The notes under the pieces are model-generated. The model worked only from the letters and a program-made list of their open reading frames with translations. It did not search any database and was not told where the DNA came from. A DNA stretch of 64,000 nucleotides. Source: Octopus sinensis. Its lineage: Eukaryota. Made by a program: the position numbers and the translations under genes. Positions 38,365 through 50,998 of the stretch are shown here, one piece after another (position 1 is the first letter of the stretch; each line of letters starts with the position of its first letter). The stretch spans positions 59,272,001 to 59,336,000 of the forward strand of contig NC_043006.1 of assembly GCF_006345805.1 (NCBI RefSeq), read 5' to 3'.

Positions 38365-39235
38365 CTTTCATCCTACACAAGCTGACTTTCCTACTTCTAA
38401 TAATAGAGATTCTGTGACACTTTTTACATACCATGCTATGTTGTTTTCTTCTGCTCTAATGCTGTGTTCACATCCAATAAGTCCTCTTCCCCTTCTTTTT
38501 CTTCGTACATACAGTCTGTCTGTGTCACTTTTTGGGTGGAGTGACCCATATATAATTAGCAACTTCCTTGTCTTTCTGTCTAAGCTGTTTAGTTCGTGTA
38601 CTGTCCATGTGATTACTCTTGCTCCATATCTAAGGAGTGAAACCGCCCAGGTGTTGATACTTTCGATCTTATTCCGTCCATTTAATTTCGACTTAAGGAT
38701 CAGTCTCAGTCTGCACAAGTACTCCACCTTAAAATTTTTCTGTCATTTCTTTCTCCATCATTTTATCCATTTCCAAATCCCTAAGTACTTATTGCCCGTT
38801 TCTTCTCTCATCAAGTAAACTACCACTGCTCCTTCCCTGTGCTATGGGATTACTCTTATTAGTAAGAACTGTATTTTCATTGTTATCTCTGCTGCTATTT
38901 TCCATGACCCGTCTTTTGATAGCTTCGAGCTCTACTTCTGTGAACCAACAATTTTTCCTTATTGCTCTAGCTTGATCACATAGTCTCTGTTCCGTGAGTT
39001 GAAACAATCCGTTTTCTCTACAATGATCATGCATACGTTGTCGGTAACCCCTAATTTGAGCACCATTTTCACCTACCGGGCTGGTCAGGTTGTAACACTC
39101 CATGACCACAGCATTAATTTTCTTGCACCATTTACGCCGTGTGTGGTGGCCCTTTTCTGGAAATCGACAGGCTAGAGCCGGACCAGAATCTCTGAGCCGA
39201 CCGGGTGTAACACTATCACCATCATTGGCTTCAAA
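38365..39235 (-). mobile_element. Internally deleted R4/Dong-like LINE
   Basis: N-terminal VMECY...GYRQRMHD...TEQRLCDQARAIRKN joined directly to KYLGI and KSKLNGRNKIESINTWAVSLLRYG...LHPKSDTDRLY...GRGL. Confidence 0.85.
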
Positions 39236-39254
39236 TCACCGTTATTGTGAATAA

Positions 39255-39265
39255 CGGTGTTTATT

Positions 39266-39297
<32 letters not shown>

Positions 39298-39302
39298 TAT
39301 TA

Positions 39303-39359
<57 letters not shown>

Positions 39360-39360
39360 A
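39255..39360. repeat. (CAT)n-(TAT)n microsatellite
   Basis: Direct observation. Confidence 0.95.
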
Positions 39361-39361
39361 T

Positions 39362-39770
39362 ATAGGCGGTGAGCTTGCAGAATCATTATCACGCTGGGTA
39401 AACTGCTTCGCGGCATTTCGAATTATATTCCAAGTCCAAATTCCACCGAGATCGACTTTGCGTTTCATCCTTTCTGGGTCGATAAATTGAGTACCAGTGA
39501 AACATTGTGGTCAATACAATCGGCTACTCTCCTCCCCTCATATTTCAGGCCATTTGCCTTGAGTAGAAAGGATTATTATTATTAAAGGCCGTCAGCTGGC
39601 AAACTCGTTAGCACGTCGGACTAAATACTTGCCAGCATTTCTTTCAGCTCACTTTTCTTTCAAATTCTGCCGAGGTTGACTCAGTCTCTTATCTTTTGGG
39701 GTCAGTGAAAAAAAGCACTGAAGTCGAAATTGCTTGCCTTCTACCAAAATTTGAAGCCATTAATATTACT
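39362..39770 (+). mobile_element. Two tandem SINE family X copies
   Basis: GGCGGTGAGCTTGCAGAATC head and family X bodies. Confidence 0.75.
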
Positions 39771-40527
39771 CTTTTTGTTGTTGTTATCAAAGCTGTATTA
39801 CTGATGATAGATAATTTATTGGGATATTATCCATATTCAAAAATACCTCACTTCAGTATCTTATTAATTCCCGTTCCCAAAGGAATTCTAAATTTTTTAT
39901 GAGGCCAGTAATTTTCAATTATTGTATAAGTGGTATGAATGTAGCGTAGGGTATAAACTGTTTCAACCAGTCACACAGTAATTACATTCTTGAGGAAAGT
40001 TTGACCTCAACAAATGCATTATTTTACGCGTAAGAGAAGCAAAAGAAGGGGGGAAAATCTGCTGAATGTAACTAAACGATTTTAAAAGTTTGGGTTAATC
40101 TCAGTGTGATTATCACAGTACATCGTTGACGATTTTGTAGAAGTGGAAAAAATGAAAATTTAATGACACACTAAATGTTGGTTTGAGAATTGTTAGCCTC
40201 ACTGCAAACTTGATTTTGTATAATAATAGTAGTAGTAGAAATAGTAGTATCGTCGACTTACAGGCAATGTACTATGATGATGTGTCCTTTTCCATGTACA
40301 GATTGTAGATGCTAATACACATACACGCGCACACAATATATAACATAACACATATATTATCTTTCTCTCTCTCTCCCTCTCTCCATATATGTATGTATGT
40401 ATATATATATATATATAGATATAAATATAGATAGATAGATACATGAGAGAGAGAGAGAGGAAGGATATTAAAGCTGAAACTTATGTGGGTTAATTGTGTA
40501 TGTATATATATATATATATATAATAAC

Positions 40528-41471
40528 ATTTAGGAGTGGCCTAGACAGGCCATTCGTCCACTAGAAAGAGCAGCCATAACTCCAACCGCCAAGTAGTGTA
40601 ATTCGGAAATAAGGTGAAAATTTAAAAACATTTACCCTAATTCATCTTTTATACGATGCATCGTTTCAGTGTCTTTAATGATAGACCAGCTTAATTAAAT
40701 TAAATTAAGCTAGTCTACCATAGGTCACACTTCATCAGTAAAAGAAACCTGGAGAGACGGATATATACGAGGCGACTGTATCAATGCCTCGGGAATATCT
40801 GTCTTAAAATTTTCAAGACCAACGCATTCGCGCCAAACTTATCGGCAGCAAATATAAACTGCCGATTCAATCTCAGATTAGTCAGAAAATTATCAATTAA
40901 TCAATTTAGGGTAGCAAAAAATTCAGTAAAAATTTATCGCTACCAGCGGCCTAATGGAAAAGAGAAAATAGTCAAAGACTAAATATGTATAAATATAACA
41001 ATTTAGGAGTGGCCTAGACAGGCCATTCGTCCACTAGAAAGAGCAGCCATAACTCCAACCGCCAAGTAGTGTAATTCGGAAATAAGGTGAAAATTTAAAA
41101 ACATTTACCCTAATTCATCTTTTATACGATGCATCGTTTCAGTGTCTTTGATGATACTGATGAAGTGTGACCTATGGTAGACTAGCTTAATTTAATTTAA
41201 TTAAGCTGGTCTATCATTAAAGACACTGAAACGATGCATCGTATAAAAGATGAATTAGGGTAAATGTTTTTAATTTTCACCTTATTTCCGAATTACACTA
41301 CTTGGCGGTTGGAGTTATGGCTGCTCTTTCTAGTGGACGAATGGCCTGTCTAGGCCACTCCTAAATTGTTATATTTATACATATTTAGTCTTTGACTATT
41401 TTCTCTTTTCCATTAGGCCGCTGGTAGCGATAAATTTTTACTGAATTTTTTGCTACCCTAAATTGATTAAT
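40528..41471. mobile_element. Hammerhead-bearing 473-nt tandem unit plus inverted copy (Penelope pLTR or retrozyme-like) within (TA)n
   Basis: 40528-40683 repeated at 41001-41156 (period 473); 41157-41471 is an inverted copy; (TA)n on both flanks. Confidence 0.85.
40645..40745 (-). ncRNA. Type I hammerhead ribozyme with extended helix II
   Basis: UCUUUUA/UAAAAGA 7-bp helix I; CUGAUGA; AGUGU/ACACU plus 19-bp inner hairpin; GAAA; CGAUGCAUCG palindromic helix III; GUA site. Confidence 0.78.
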
Positions 41472-41497
41472 AAATATATATATATATATATATATAT

Positions 41498-41677
41498 AGG
41501 GAGAGTTTACGAAAAAAACAACAAAAGATGAAGACAGGAGGTGTACAAAAACAGATGTATTAGTATAACACTCGGGAATAGAAAAAGTCTTTTACGTTTC
41601 GAGCTTACGCTCTTCTACAGAAAGGGACACAGAAAACAAGGAGAGAAACAAAGAGAGAAAAAATGTGTAGTGACTAA

Positions 41678-41680
<3 letters not shown>
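41498..41680 (-). mobile_element. Family P short element
   Basis: Homologous to 17875-18072; core CTGTAGA. Confidence 0.75.
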
Positions 41681-41731
<51 letters not shown>

Positions 41732-41892
41732 TATATATATTGCCTCTCGATATTTTTCTCTTCTAATATTTTCTATTTATTCTATATCCTTTCAAAATTT
41801 CTCCCAGGCGTTACCCATTATAATTCGTCTTGACCTAACGGCCCTTAATGTTTGTCTTCGTCGTGTCCCCAAAGTATTACCGAGAGCGATAC

Positions 41893-42591
<699 letters not shown>

Positions 42592-42648
42592 AAATATATA
42601 AATATATTAAAGAATGGAGCTGAACGACGAATTAACAAAATTCCTTTA

Positions 42649-42731
42649 TTTTCGACATATGTTTCGAAAGCTGCATATTCCTAATTGCGAAGGAATAAGG
42701 AGTATATTATGCCGCTTTCTCATCAGAAAAA
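42649..42731 (-). ncRNA. Type I hammerhead ribozyme (GUC site)
   Basis: UUUUU-CUGAUGA-GAAAGC.GCAUA...UAUGC.GCUUUC-GAAA-CAUAUG-UC-GAAAA; canonical G10.1-C11.1. Confidence 0.8.
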
Positions 42732-42835
42732 GCAAGGAACTTATGTCAACATCAAAATGCACAAAAATCTTTTAGATGATTGCTCACACGAAGCCCATAG
42801 CGATAATCATAAGTTCCTTGACATAAGTTCCTTGC

Positions 42836-42918
42836 TTTTCCTGATGAGAAAGCGGCATAATGTACTCCTTATTCCTTCGCAATTAGGAATATGCAGCCTT
42901 CGAAACATACGTCGAAAA
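42836..42918 (+). ncRNA. Type I hammerhead ribozyme (GUC site)
   Basis: UUUUC-CUGAUGA-G...C-GAAA-CAUACG-UC-GAAAA; perfect 5-bp helix I. Confidence 0.75.
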
Positions 42919-43109
42919 TAAAGGAATTTCGTTAATTCGTCGTTCAGCTCCCTTCTTTAATATATTTATATATTGTTAAAATAAACATACAAATTTCCAC
43001 ACGAAAGCACGTAATCTATGCCCTAGGCACGTAACTTCAACCGTGTTTTTTCTGATGTGAATTTGCTACCCAGGTATCGGTTAATAAGATAATTCATTCA
43101 ACTACTGAA

Positions 43110-43152
<43 letters not shown>

Positions 43153-43165
43153 CGTGTGTGTGTGT

Positions 43166-43470
43166 GGAGGCGCAATGGCCCAGTGGTTAGGGCAGCGGAC
43201 TCGCGGTCGTAGGATGGCGGTTTCGATTCCCAGACCGGACGTTGTGAGTGTTTAGAGAGTGAAAACACCTAAAAGCTCCACGAGGCTCCGGTAGGGGGTG
43301 GTAGCGATCCCTGCTGTACTCTTTCGCCGCAACTTTCTCTCACACTTTCTTCTGTTGGCCTGTTCGCTTAGCCAGCGGGGTGGCGTCATTTGAAGGCTAA
43401 AACAATGCATTGTGACCAGCGGTGGGTAGTACATCTGATAGCCTGGTCGGTCACATGATCACGTGACGTG
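43166..43470 (+). mobile_element. SINE family R head with a third tail type
   Basis: GGAGGCGCAATGGCCCAGTGGTTAGGG head; diverges from other copies after about 43345. Confidence 0.8.
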
Positions 43471-43477
43471 ATATCTT

Positions 43478-43730
43478 TATATATATAAAACTGAGAATGT
43501 GTGTCTGTCTGTCTGTCTGTGTGTTTCCCTAAAACTTGAGAACTACACAACCAATTTCATTCAAATTTTACACATGCCTTACTTAGGGTCCATGTAGTTT
43601 CATGGGCAAAAAAATTGTTCAACTTCTTGCCTAGAGCGAGCCTATAGCAATATCATATCTTCTCCACTATTTCAGTATTACGTGTTAAAAGTGAAACAAA
43701 AACATTTCTCTATTTTATATCAGATACTTT
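43478..43730 (+). mobile_element. DINE-1/HINE-like element 5' part
   Basis: TATATATAAAACTGAG start, (GTCT)n and CCAATTTCATTCAAATTTT core, as recalled for Helentron-associated elements. Confidence 0.5.
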
Positions 43731-44020
43731 CACTTTAACAATAAAAATAATAATAACAATTGAATTATATGTAGTAAGTAATAATTAAAATCAAACTAAA
43801 GTATAATATAATCGTAACATAGCAAAAGTAAAAATAGCAATTGGTATAAAATTGCATCAATGACTTGAGTTGAATAAGTGGTTTCACATGAATGGGAATA
43901 AATTAAAAATAAAATTAGCGTGCAGAAATGGAATAGTCCAGATGGATAATAAAAAAATTAAATTAAAGAAAAGACTATTGTCTATAAAGTATACAATGTA
44001 GAGAAAAAAGAAGATTGAAC

Positions 44021-47000
44021 ACATGGGGGAAATTTACCCAAGTGTTGTGAGTTATTTTGCATGTGAAACTTTGGGAAAAAAACTGTTTAAAAAATTGTCA
44101 AAAATTGAATCGCGCGCGGGCGTTTGCGCTGCTGTGTTTGAACCTTTTATAGAAGGTGTGTCGACCTCAAGTCATGGAGACTTACGCGGGGGTCGCCACA
44201 ACAAAAAGTGACGAGTCACTTAGAATAAAAGAAGTGTTCTTTAGAAAAGAACAATTGAAAGAATACGAGAAGTTCGTCAAAAGGGAGGGTGATAGCGTGA
44301 AGCTGGTCCCGCCTGTGGAAACAATAGAAGAAAAAATACATCACGATAACGTATAGAACGCAAGATAGAAACACGAGAAAACTGGTGAGAGTGACGATGA
44401 AGAAATAGAGAAATGTCTGGGGGACATCATGAAAAAAGCGACTTTTGTAGACAGAGGAAAGAAATATGGTACGGTGGAGGTGAGATGCGCAACAAAGGAA
44501 GTGGCGGCCTCATTGGCTTCCACTGTCCTGAAAGCGGAAAATTTCACCATGTGGCCGACTTATAAAGGAAGACGAGGGGTACGGGTAAGAGTCCCAAAGG
44601 TACCCCCAAATATTAAAACAGAAATGCTGGTAACAGCCATTATGGAGCAGCAAAAGAGGAAGTAGAAATAGGGTCAATTAGGAGACGACGTTGTAAATGG
44701 AAGGGATTCGGAGTCGAGTTGTGGCTAATGGCCACAATGGAAGACATCGAAAGATTTCCCTTCCAAATAGAAATAGAAAACGAGAAGACAATTAGTGTAA
44801 TAGTGGAAGGCAGAAAACCGACTGCTACCTGTGCGGATCAAGAGGGCACATAAAAAGAATGCCGCTGTATGAATTCACAGCGGAGCAAAAAGAGACACAA
44901 AGTGGAGAGAAGGAAAACGAACACGAAGGAAAGAACAGCGAAAACAAGGAAAAGGAAATAAAGCGGAAGAAACAAAGAGAAGGGAAGTAACAGCGCACTG
45001 AAGGAAAATGAAAACAAAGGGAAGAAGATAGTAGAAGAGGAGCAAAATTCACAGGGTGCAGAAGTAGTGGAGAAGGAGCCAAGGCAGAAGCAAGAGAAGA
45101 AAAGGAAAGTACATTAAAGGAAAGAGAAAAACAGGTAAAGAACAAGAGAAGGAACAGAAACAAGAGAAAGGAAAAGATGGTATGCAAAAAGGAAAAGAAA
45201 CAACAGGAAAGGAACTTAAGGCACAGGGTAGAGAGACGGCAGACAAAGAGCCAAAAAGACAAGAGAAGGAAAAAGAAAGAAGAGAAAGCAAAAAGAGAGA
45301 AAGAGAGAAACCGAGGGAGGAGAAAAAAGAGGAAGTAAGTCCTAAGAGAAAAACTAGAGAAAACGTAGGTACGAATAGAAAATACAAATACTATGGAACG
45401 TTGATCCATCACAAGCACTGTGAGGAGATGGAAGATTTAATAAGCGCAACAAACGGATATACGTGGGTCAGGATGGGCACCGAATGGGAAGAAACAGGTG
45501 CACTCATCCACGAGAACGACGCCGAGGCGTTCATCGAGGCAGCTGGCGAGAACGTGTTAAAACATATGAAATGCCGACTTAAAAGGTGGCCTCGAACGAT
45601 GGAACTTTACTCAGATTTGGTAGACATATGGGTAGACATAATGGAGGTATAGAATAGAAAAGGTATTGTGAAAACTTAATTTGGAAATGATAAAAAGAAC
45701 TTTAAATTCTGGAAAAAAAAAAAAAAGGAAATGTTGAACTTTGTAAAACTTTTGAAATGTATGTTGAAAATGTAAAAATGTTTTATTGAAAATATTGTTG
45801 ACGAACAAAATTAATTGACGAAATGTAACCGCTCGATTCGGGGATCGAGCGGGCATTACACAACATTGTACAAATTCATAATTCATTATTCATTCCCGAT
45901 TGTATTGTCCCATCTATGTAGCCCCTAGTGGGTAATAATAAAACAACATGGCGGAAATTTACCCAAGTGTGTTGTGAGTTATTTTTGCATGTGAAACTTT
46001 GGAAAAAAAACTGTTAAAAAAATTGTCAAAAATTGAATCGCGCGAGGCGTTTGCCGCTGCGTGTTTGAACCTTTTATAGAAGGTGTGTCGACCCTCAAGT
46101 CATGGAGACTTACGCGGGGGTCGCCACAACAAAAAGTGACGAGTCACTTAGAATAAAAGAAGTGTTCTTTAGAAAAGAACAATTGAAGGAATACGAGAAG
46201 TTCGTCAAAAGGGAGGGTGATAGCGTGAAGCTGGTCCCGCCTGTGGAAACAATAGAAGAAAAAAAAACAAGACGATAACGTATAGAACGCAAGATAGAAC
46301 ACGAGAAAACTGGTGAGAGTGACGATTGAAGAAATAGAGAAATGTCTGGGGGACATCATGAAAAAAGCGACTTTTGTAGACAGAGGAAAGAAATATGGTA
46401 CGGTGGAGGTGAGATGCGCAACAAAGGAAGTGGCGGCCTCATTGGCTTCCACTGTCCTGAAAGCGGAAAATTTCGCCATGTGGCCGACGTATAAAGGAAG
46501 ACGAGGGGTACGGGTAAGAGTCCCAAAGGTACCCCAAATATTAAAACAGAAATGCTGGTAACAGCCATTATTGGAGCAGCAAAAGAGGAAGTAGAAATAG
46601 GGTCAATTAAGGAGACGAACGTTGTAAATTGGAAGGGATTCGGAGTCGAGTTGTGGCTGATGGCCACAATTGAAGACATCGAAAGATTTCCCTTCCAAAT
46701 AGAAATAGAAAACGAAAACAATTAGTGTAATAGTGGAAGGCAGAAAACGAATTGCTACCTGTGCGGTTCAAGAGGGCACATAAAAAAGGAATGTCCGCTG
46801 TATGAATTCACAGCGGAGCAAAAAGAGACACAAAGTGGAGAGAAGGAAAACGAACACGAAGGAAAGAACAGCGAAAACAAGGAAAAGGAAATAACGGAGA
46901 AACAACAAGAGAAGGGAAGTAACAGCGCACTGAAGGAAAATGAAAACAAAGGGAAGAAGATAGTAGAAAAGGAGCAAAATTCACAGGGTGCAGAAGTAGT

Positions 47001-47887
47001 GGAGTGGAGAAGGAGCCAAGGCAGAAGCAAGAGAAAGAAAAGTACATTAAAGGAAAGGAAAAGAAAAAGCAGGAAAAGAACAAGAGAAGAACAGAACCAA
47101 GAGAAAGGAAAAGATGGTATGCCAAAAAGGAAAAGAAACAACAGGAAAGGAACTTAAGACACAGGGTAGAGAGACGGCAGACAAAGAGCCAAAAAGAGAC
47201 AGAGAAGAGAAGAAAAAGAAAGAAGAGAAAGCAAAAGAGAGAAAGAAGAGAGAAACCGAGGGAGGAGAAAAAGAGGAAGTAAGTCCTAAGGAAAAAAACT
47301 AGAGAAAACGTAGGTACGAATAGAAAATTCAAATACTATGGAACGTTGATCCATCACAAGCATTGTGAGGAGATGGAAGATTTAATAAGCGTAACAAACG
47401 GATATACGTGGGTCAGGATGGGCACCGAATGGAAAGAACAGGTGCACTCGTCCACGAGAACGACGCCGAGGCGTTCATCGAGGCAGCTGGCAAGAACGTG
47501 TTAAAACATATGAAATGCCGACTTACAAGGTGGCCTCGAACATTGGAAGTTTACTCAGATTTGGTAGACATAATGGAGTATATATAAAAGAAAAGGTATT
47601 GTGAAAACTTTAATTTGGAAATGATAAAAAGAACTTTAAATTCGGAAAAAAAAAAAAGAAATGTTGAACTTTGTAAAACTTTTGAAATGTATGTTGAAAA
47701 TGTATAAAATGTTTTATTTGGAAAATATTATTGACGAAAAAAAAACAAATGACGAAATGTAACCGCTCGATTTCGGGGATCGAGTGGGCATTACACCACA
47801 TTGTACAAACTTCATAATTCATTATTCATTCCCGATTGTATTGTCCCATCTATGTAGCCCCTAGTGGGTAATAATAAAACAACATGG
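44021..47887 (+). mobile_element. Tandem pair of about 1.93-kb Tx1-like ORF1-only elements (C1, C2)
   Basis: Units start at 44021 and 45946; RGKKYGTVEVR, CYLCGSRGHIKKEC (46753-46794), K/E-rich region, 3' UTR ending GCCCCTAGTGGGTAATAATAAA; no RT. Confidence 0.85.
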
Positions 47888-48180
47888 AGGAAAGCACCTT
47901 CGGAAAGTGTCTTGGTGCGACTATGAAAGATATCTAATCAGAGGCAGTAAATTCGCCAAAATAGAAGCACGTTTCGAGTCAACGGAGCGTGCAAGAGAGT
48001 ACTCGACTCGTACTTGCCAAGGGGAAATATTTTATTTTTACCTTTATATCTGCGACGTAGGACGTCCCGGAAAAAATTTTAAATGCCCCCCCCCCCGAAG
48101 TAGAGGTAGGCTGGATTGTAGTCACACTTCTATACAAGAGGGAAGACAAGATACAATTGATCGAAATTACAAGAGACGGG
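47888..48180 (+). mobile_element. Older Tx1-like ORF1 relic (copy D), 3' half of the interrupted host
   Basis: KCLGATMKDI / RGSKFAKIEARFESTERAREYST / PPPEVEVGWIV align with ORF1 of copies A-C. Confidence 0.65.
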
Positions 48181-48377
48181 CTAACAATTCCAGTCTGTTA
48201 TATATTTTGAGTATTGTTATCATTAGCGATATCAAGATATAACTTTGTATTTTGTATTTTATGTGTAGATGTATATATATAGATGTACATGTAATATGTA
48301 CACATATATATACACATATATACATGCACTAGCACTATGACCCGGCAACGACGGGTCTTTAATGCTAGTATATATAT

Positions 48378-48411
<34 letters not shown>

Positions 48412-48429
48412 ATATATATATATATATAT

Positions 48430-48600
48430 AGGGAGAATTCACAAAAAAAACAAAAGACGAAGACAAATGGTGTAGAAAACAATCACATGTATTAGTATAA
48501 CGCTCGGGAATTGAAAAAGTCTTTAACGTTTCCAGCCTACGCAGAAAGAAACAAGCAGAGAAAAATGTGTTTAGTGGCTAGCGATCTATGATGGCGAATG
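48430..48600 (-). mobile_element. Family P short element, partly deleted
   Basis: Homologous to 17875-18072. Confidence 0.7.
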
Positions 48601-48801
48601 AATATATATATATATATAGCCACTAACAAGGCTTTGGTAGGCCTGAAGCTATAGTAAAAGACACTTGCCCAAGGTGTCATGAAGAGGACTCGGAACCAGT
48701 TGGGAAGCAAGGTAGTCCGCGTCTATCTATATTTATAAAATTAAGACATAGGTAGTTATACTGATTGGTAAACAAACAAAAGGAGACAGATATATATATA
48801 T

Positions 48802-48862
<61 letters not shown>

Positions 48863-49669
48863 AACACAGACTCAAAATCTTGCAAATCCATAAATAATTG
48901 CTGAAAAAAGTTTAAATAAAATAAAGAAAGCAAAGACAAACAAAAGCACGTTGAGAATGTCTCAAAGCTCGGCTAATGAGTATGAATATGAATGAAGCCA
49001 CTTGTCAAACTACTTTCTTATCAAAATTGAAAATAATCAATAGTGAAAGATAAAGCGTCACTTGCAAACGAAATATGACATTGGAAATCTCAGGAGAAAC
49101 TAAAGTACTAACGTTGCTGTTGAGACAGATGTAAATAATGAATTCGTCCAATTATGAGAAGAATGTATTGATTTTAATTTAGGGCGGGGTTCGTTTCGTT
49201 TCTGAAATCTCACTCCCAGAATATCAATATGTTGTTACTTGGAATTAACAAGGGTCTTATGAGGAAACCTTTATATGATTGCTCGACTTTATATCGTTGC
49301 TAGAAAGAGCAGTTAAATTTCTTTTAAATAACATACATTACCGTGTTAGAATCAAGTATACGTAGGATGTCACCCAGGATACAGAATAAGACAGGATTGT
49401 CAGGGGTGGAATGCCATTGATAAACTGTTTTCTCCATCAGGCTTGACCAATGGCGAAACAACAACAATAATGGCGTTGTAAGTGTCACTTTTGATGCTCC
49501 TACGAGTTTGTTGTTACACCTTAGTTTTAGGTCTGCTGTGATGTAGCTGTCCAATGCTCAAAGACATTCCAGCTATGACCACTTCATCAACATTTCAGAC
49601 ACGTTTGACGTGTGAGCTGTTTTAACACCACCCCCTTCTCCACTCCTCCTACTGCTACTACTTTTCCTC

Positions 49670-49884
49670 TTGTTGTTGTTGTTGTTGTTCTTGTTCTTCT
49701 TCTTTTTCTTCTTCTCGTCCTTCTTCTTCTTCTTCTTCTTCTTCTCGTCCTTCTTCTTCTTTCTTCTTCTTTTTCATCTTCTGCTGCTGCTGCCACTACT
49801 ACTGCCATCACCACCACCACCACCACCACCGCCATAACAACATCATCTTCAACAACAATAAAAACTACTACTGCTGCTACTACA

Positions 49885-49919
<35 letters not shown>

Positions 49920-49935
49920 ACCACTACTACTACCA
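49670..49935. repeat. Compound (GTT)/(CTT)/(CAC)/(CTA) microsatellite
   Basis: Direct observation. Confidence 0.92.
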
Positions 49936-50442
49936 CCTCGGTTTCTCCAAGCTAGATGGTCTCATACTACTTCAACTGAAGCGCCCTCCCTTGGCAAGTA
50001 TCTCCTTGACACCGATATTGTCTATCCTGGCCCCACACGCCTGCATTAACCATCCTTCCCCCCACTGTTCTTGCGCCCCAGAGGGTAGGCCCTCTGAAAC
50101 TCTCTTCCTACTTGTATTCTTTCTCCCTCTCTTTTTCTTTTTGCTGCTGCCATCAGTTTGTAGCTACTTAGATGAAACATTAACCTCATCTCTGTCCTCT
50201 GTATTGGAGGTTCTGCGAAGGTCATGAAAACAACCTTCACTGCCAGACCTTGTTTAAATAAGAATAGTTTGTAATTTTTATCTGTTAGTTCTAGCAAATC
50301 GAGCTACCATGTATGATCAGTAGAAATTTAGAGAAGACGACGAAATTATTTTCTTGCATCATTGGTAGGGTCATTACATCAATAAAAAAACACGCACTGA
50401 ATCTATTTCCCTTCTTTTGTTAACCAAGTGGTTTTATTAACC

Positions 50443-50677
50443 CAGTGGTTCTCATCCGGGATCCATATAAGACTTTTCTTGTTAAAATTTATCTTCAACA
50501 GATTGGTTTTATACTTCTATAATAGACAAAATATTTTAATAATTTCTTAAATACAATTCTTAATAATATTTAATTATAAAATTATGATTTTTTTAAACTT
50601 CAAATGACTAGGAGGGTCCATCCGGGTAAAATTGAAATGAAACGGGTCCATAAGTGGAAAATGGTTGAGAATTACTG
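50443..50677. mobile_element. hAT/Charlie-like MITE, degenerate
   Basis: Ends CAGTGGTTCTCA and GGTTGAGAATTACTG resemble Charlie-type TIRs; no clean 8-bp TSD. Confidence 0.55.
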
Positions 50678-50998
50678 ATTAAGCAGTTAACTAACCGATT
50701 CTTTGATGAATATAGTATGTGAAAACTGGTAGACAAATAGTCTTGTAGTAGCGAAGCAATGTCATTGAAAGTTCGTAAATGGTGATGAAAGGACTCTGAT
50801 GTACCTCTACTGGCTGATTGATTGACGAACGATTACTGAAAGAATCGATTATTTAATTGATGAAACGGATAACTACTTCACTAATCATAATAAGCGAAGC
50901 GAAACAGATATAGTCCATGTGATTTGTATTGGTTTAATAACCATCCCACAATATTACAAAAAATAACAATTTTGCAAAACTAAGTACAAAACGTAATT

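Larger units (their letters stand above)
42593..42974. mobile_element. Foldback with 157-bp arms, each carrying a hammerhead
   Basis: Arms 42593-42749 and 42818-42974; 68-nt spacer; CATAAGTTCCTTG duplicated at the junction. Confidence 0.88.
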
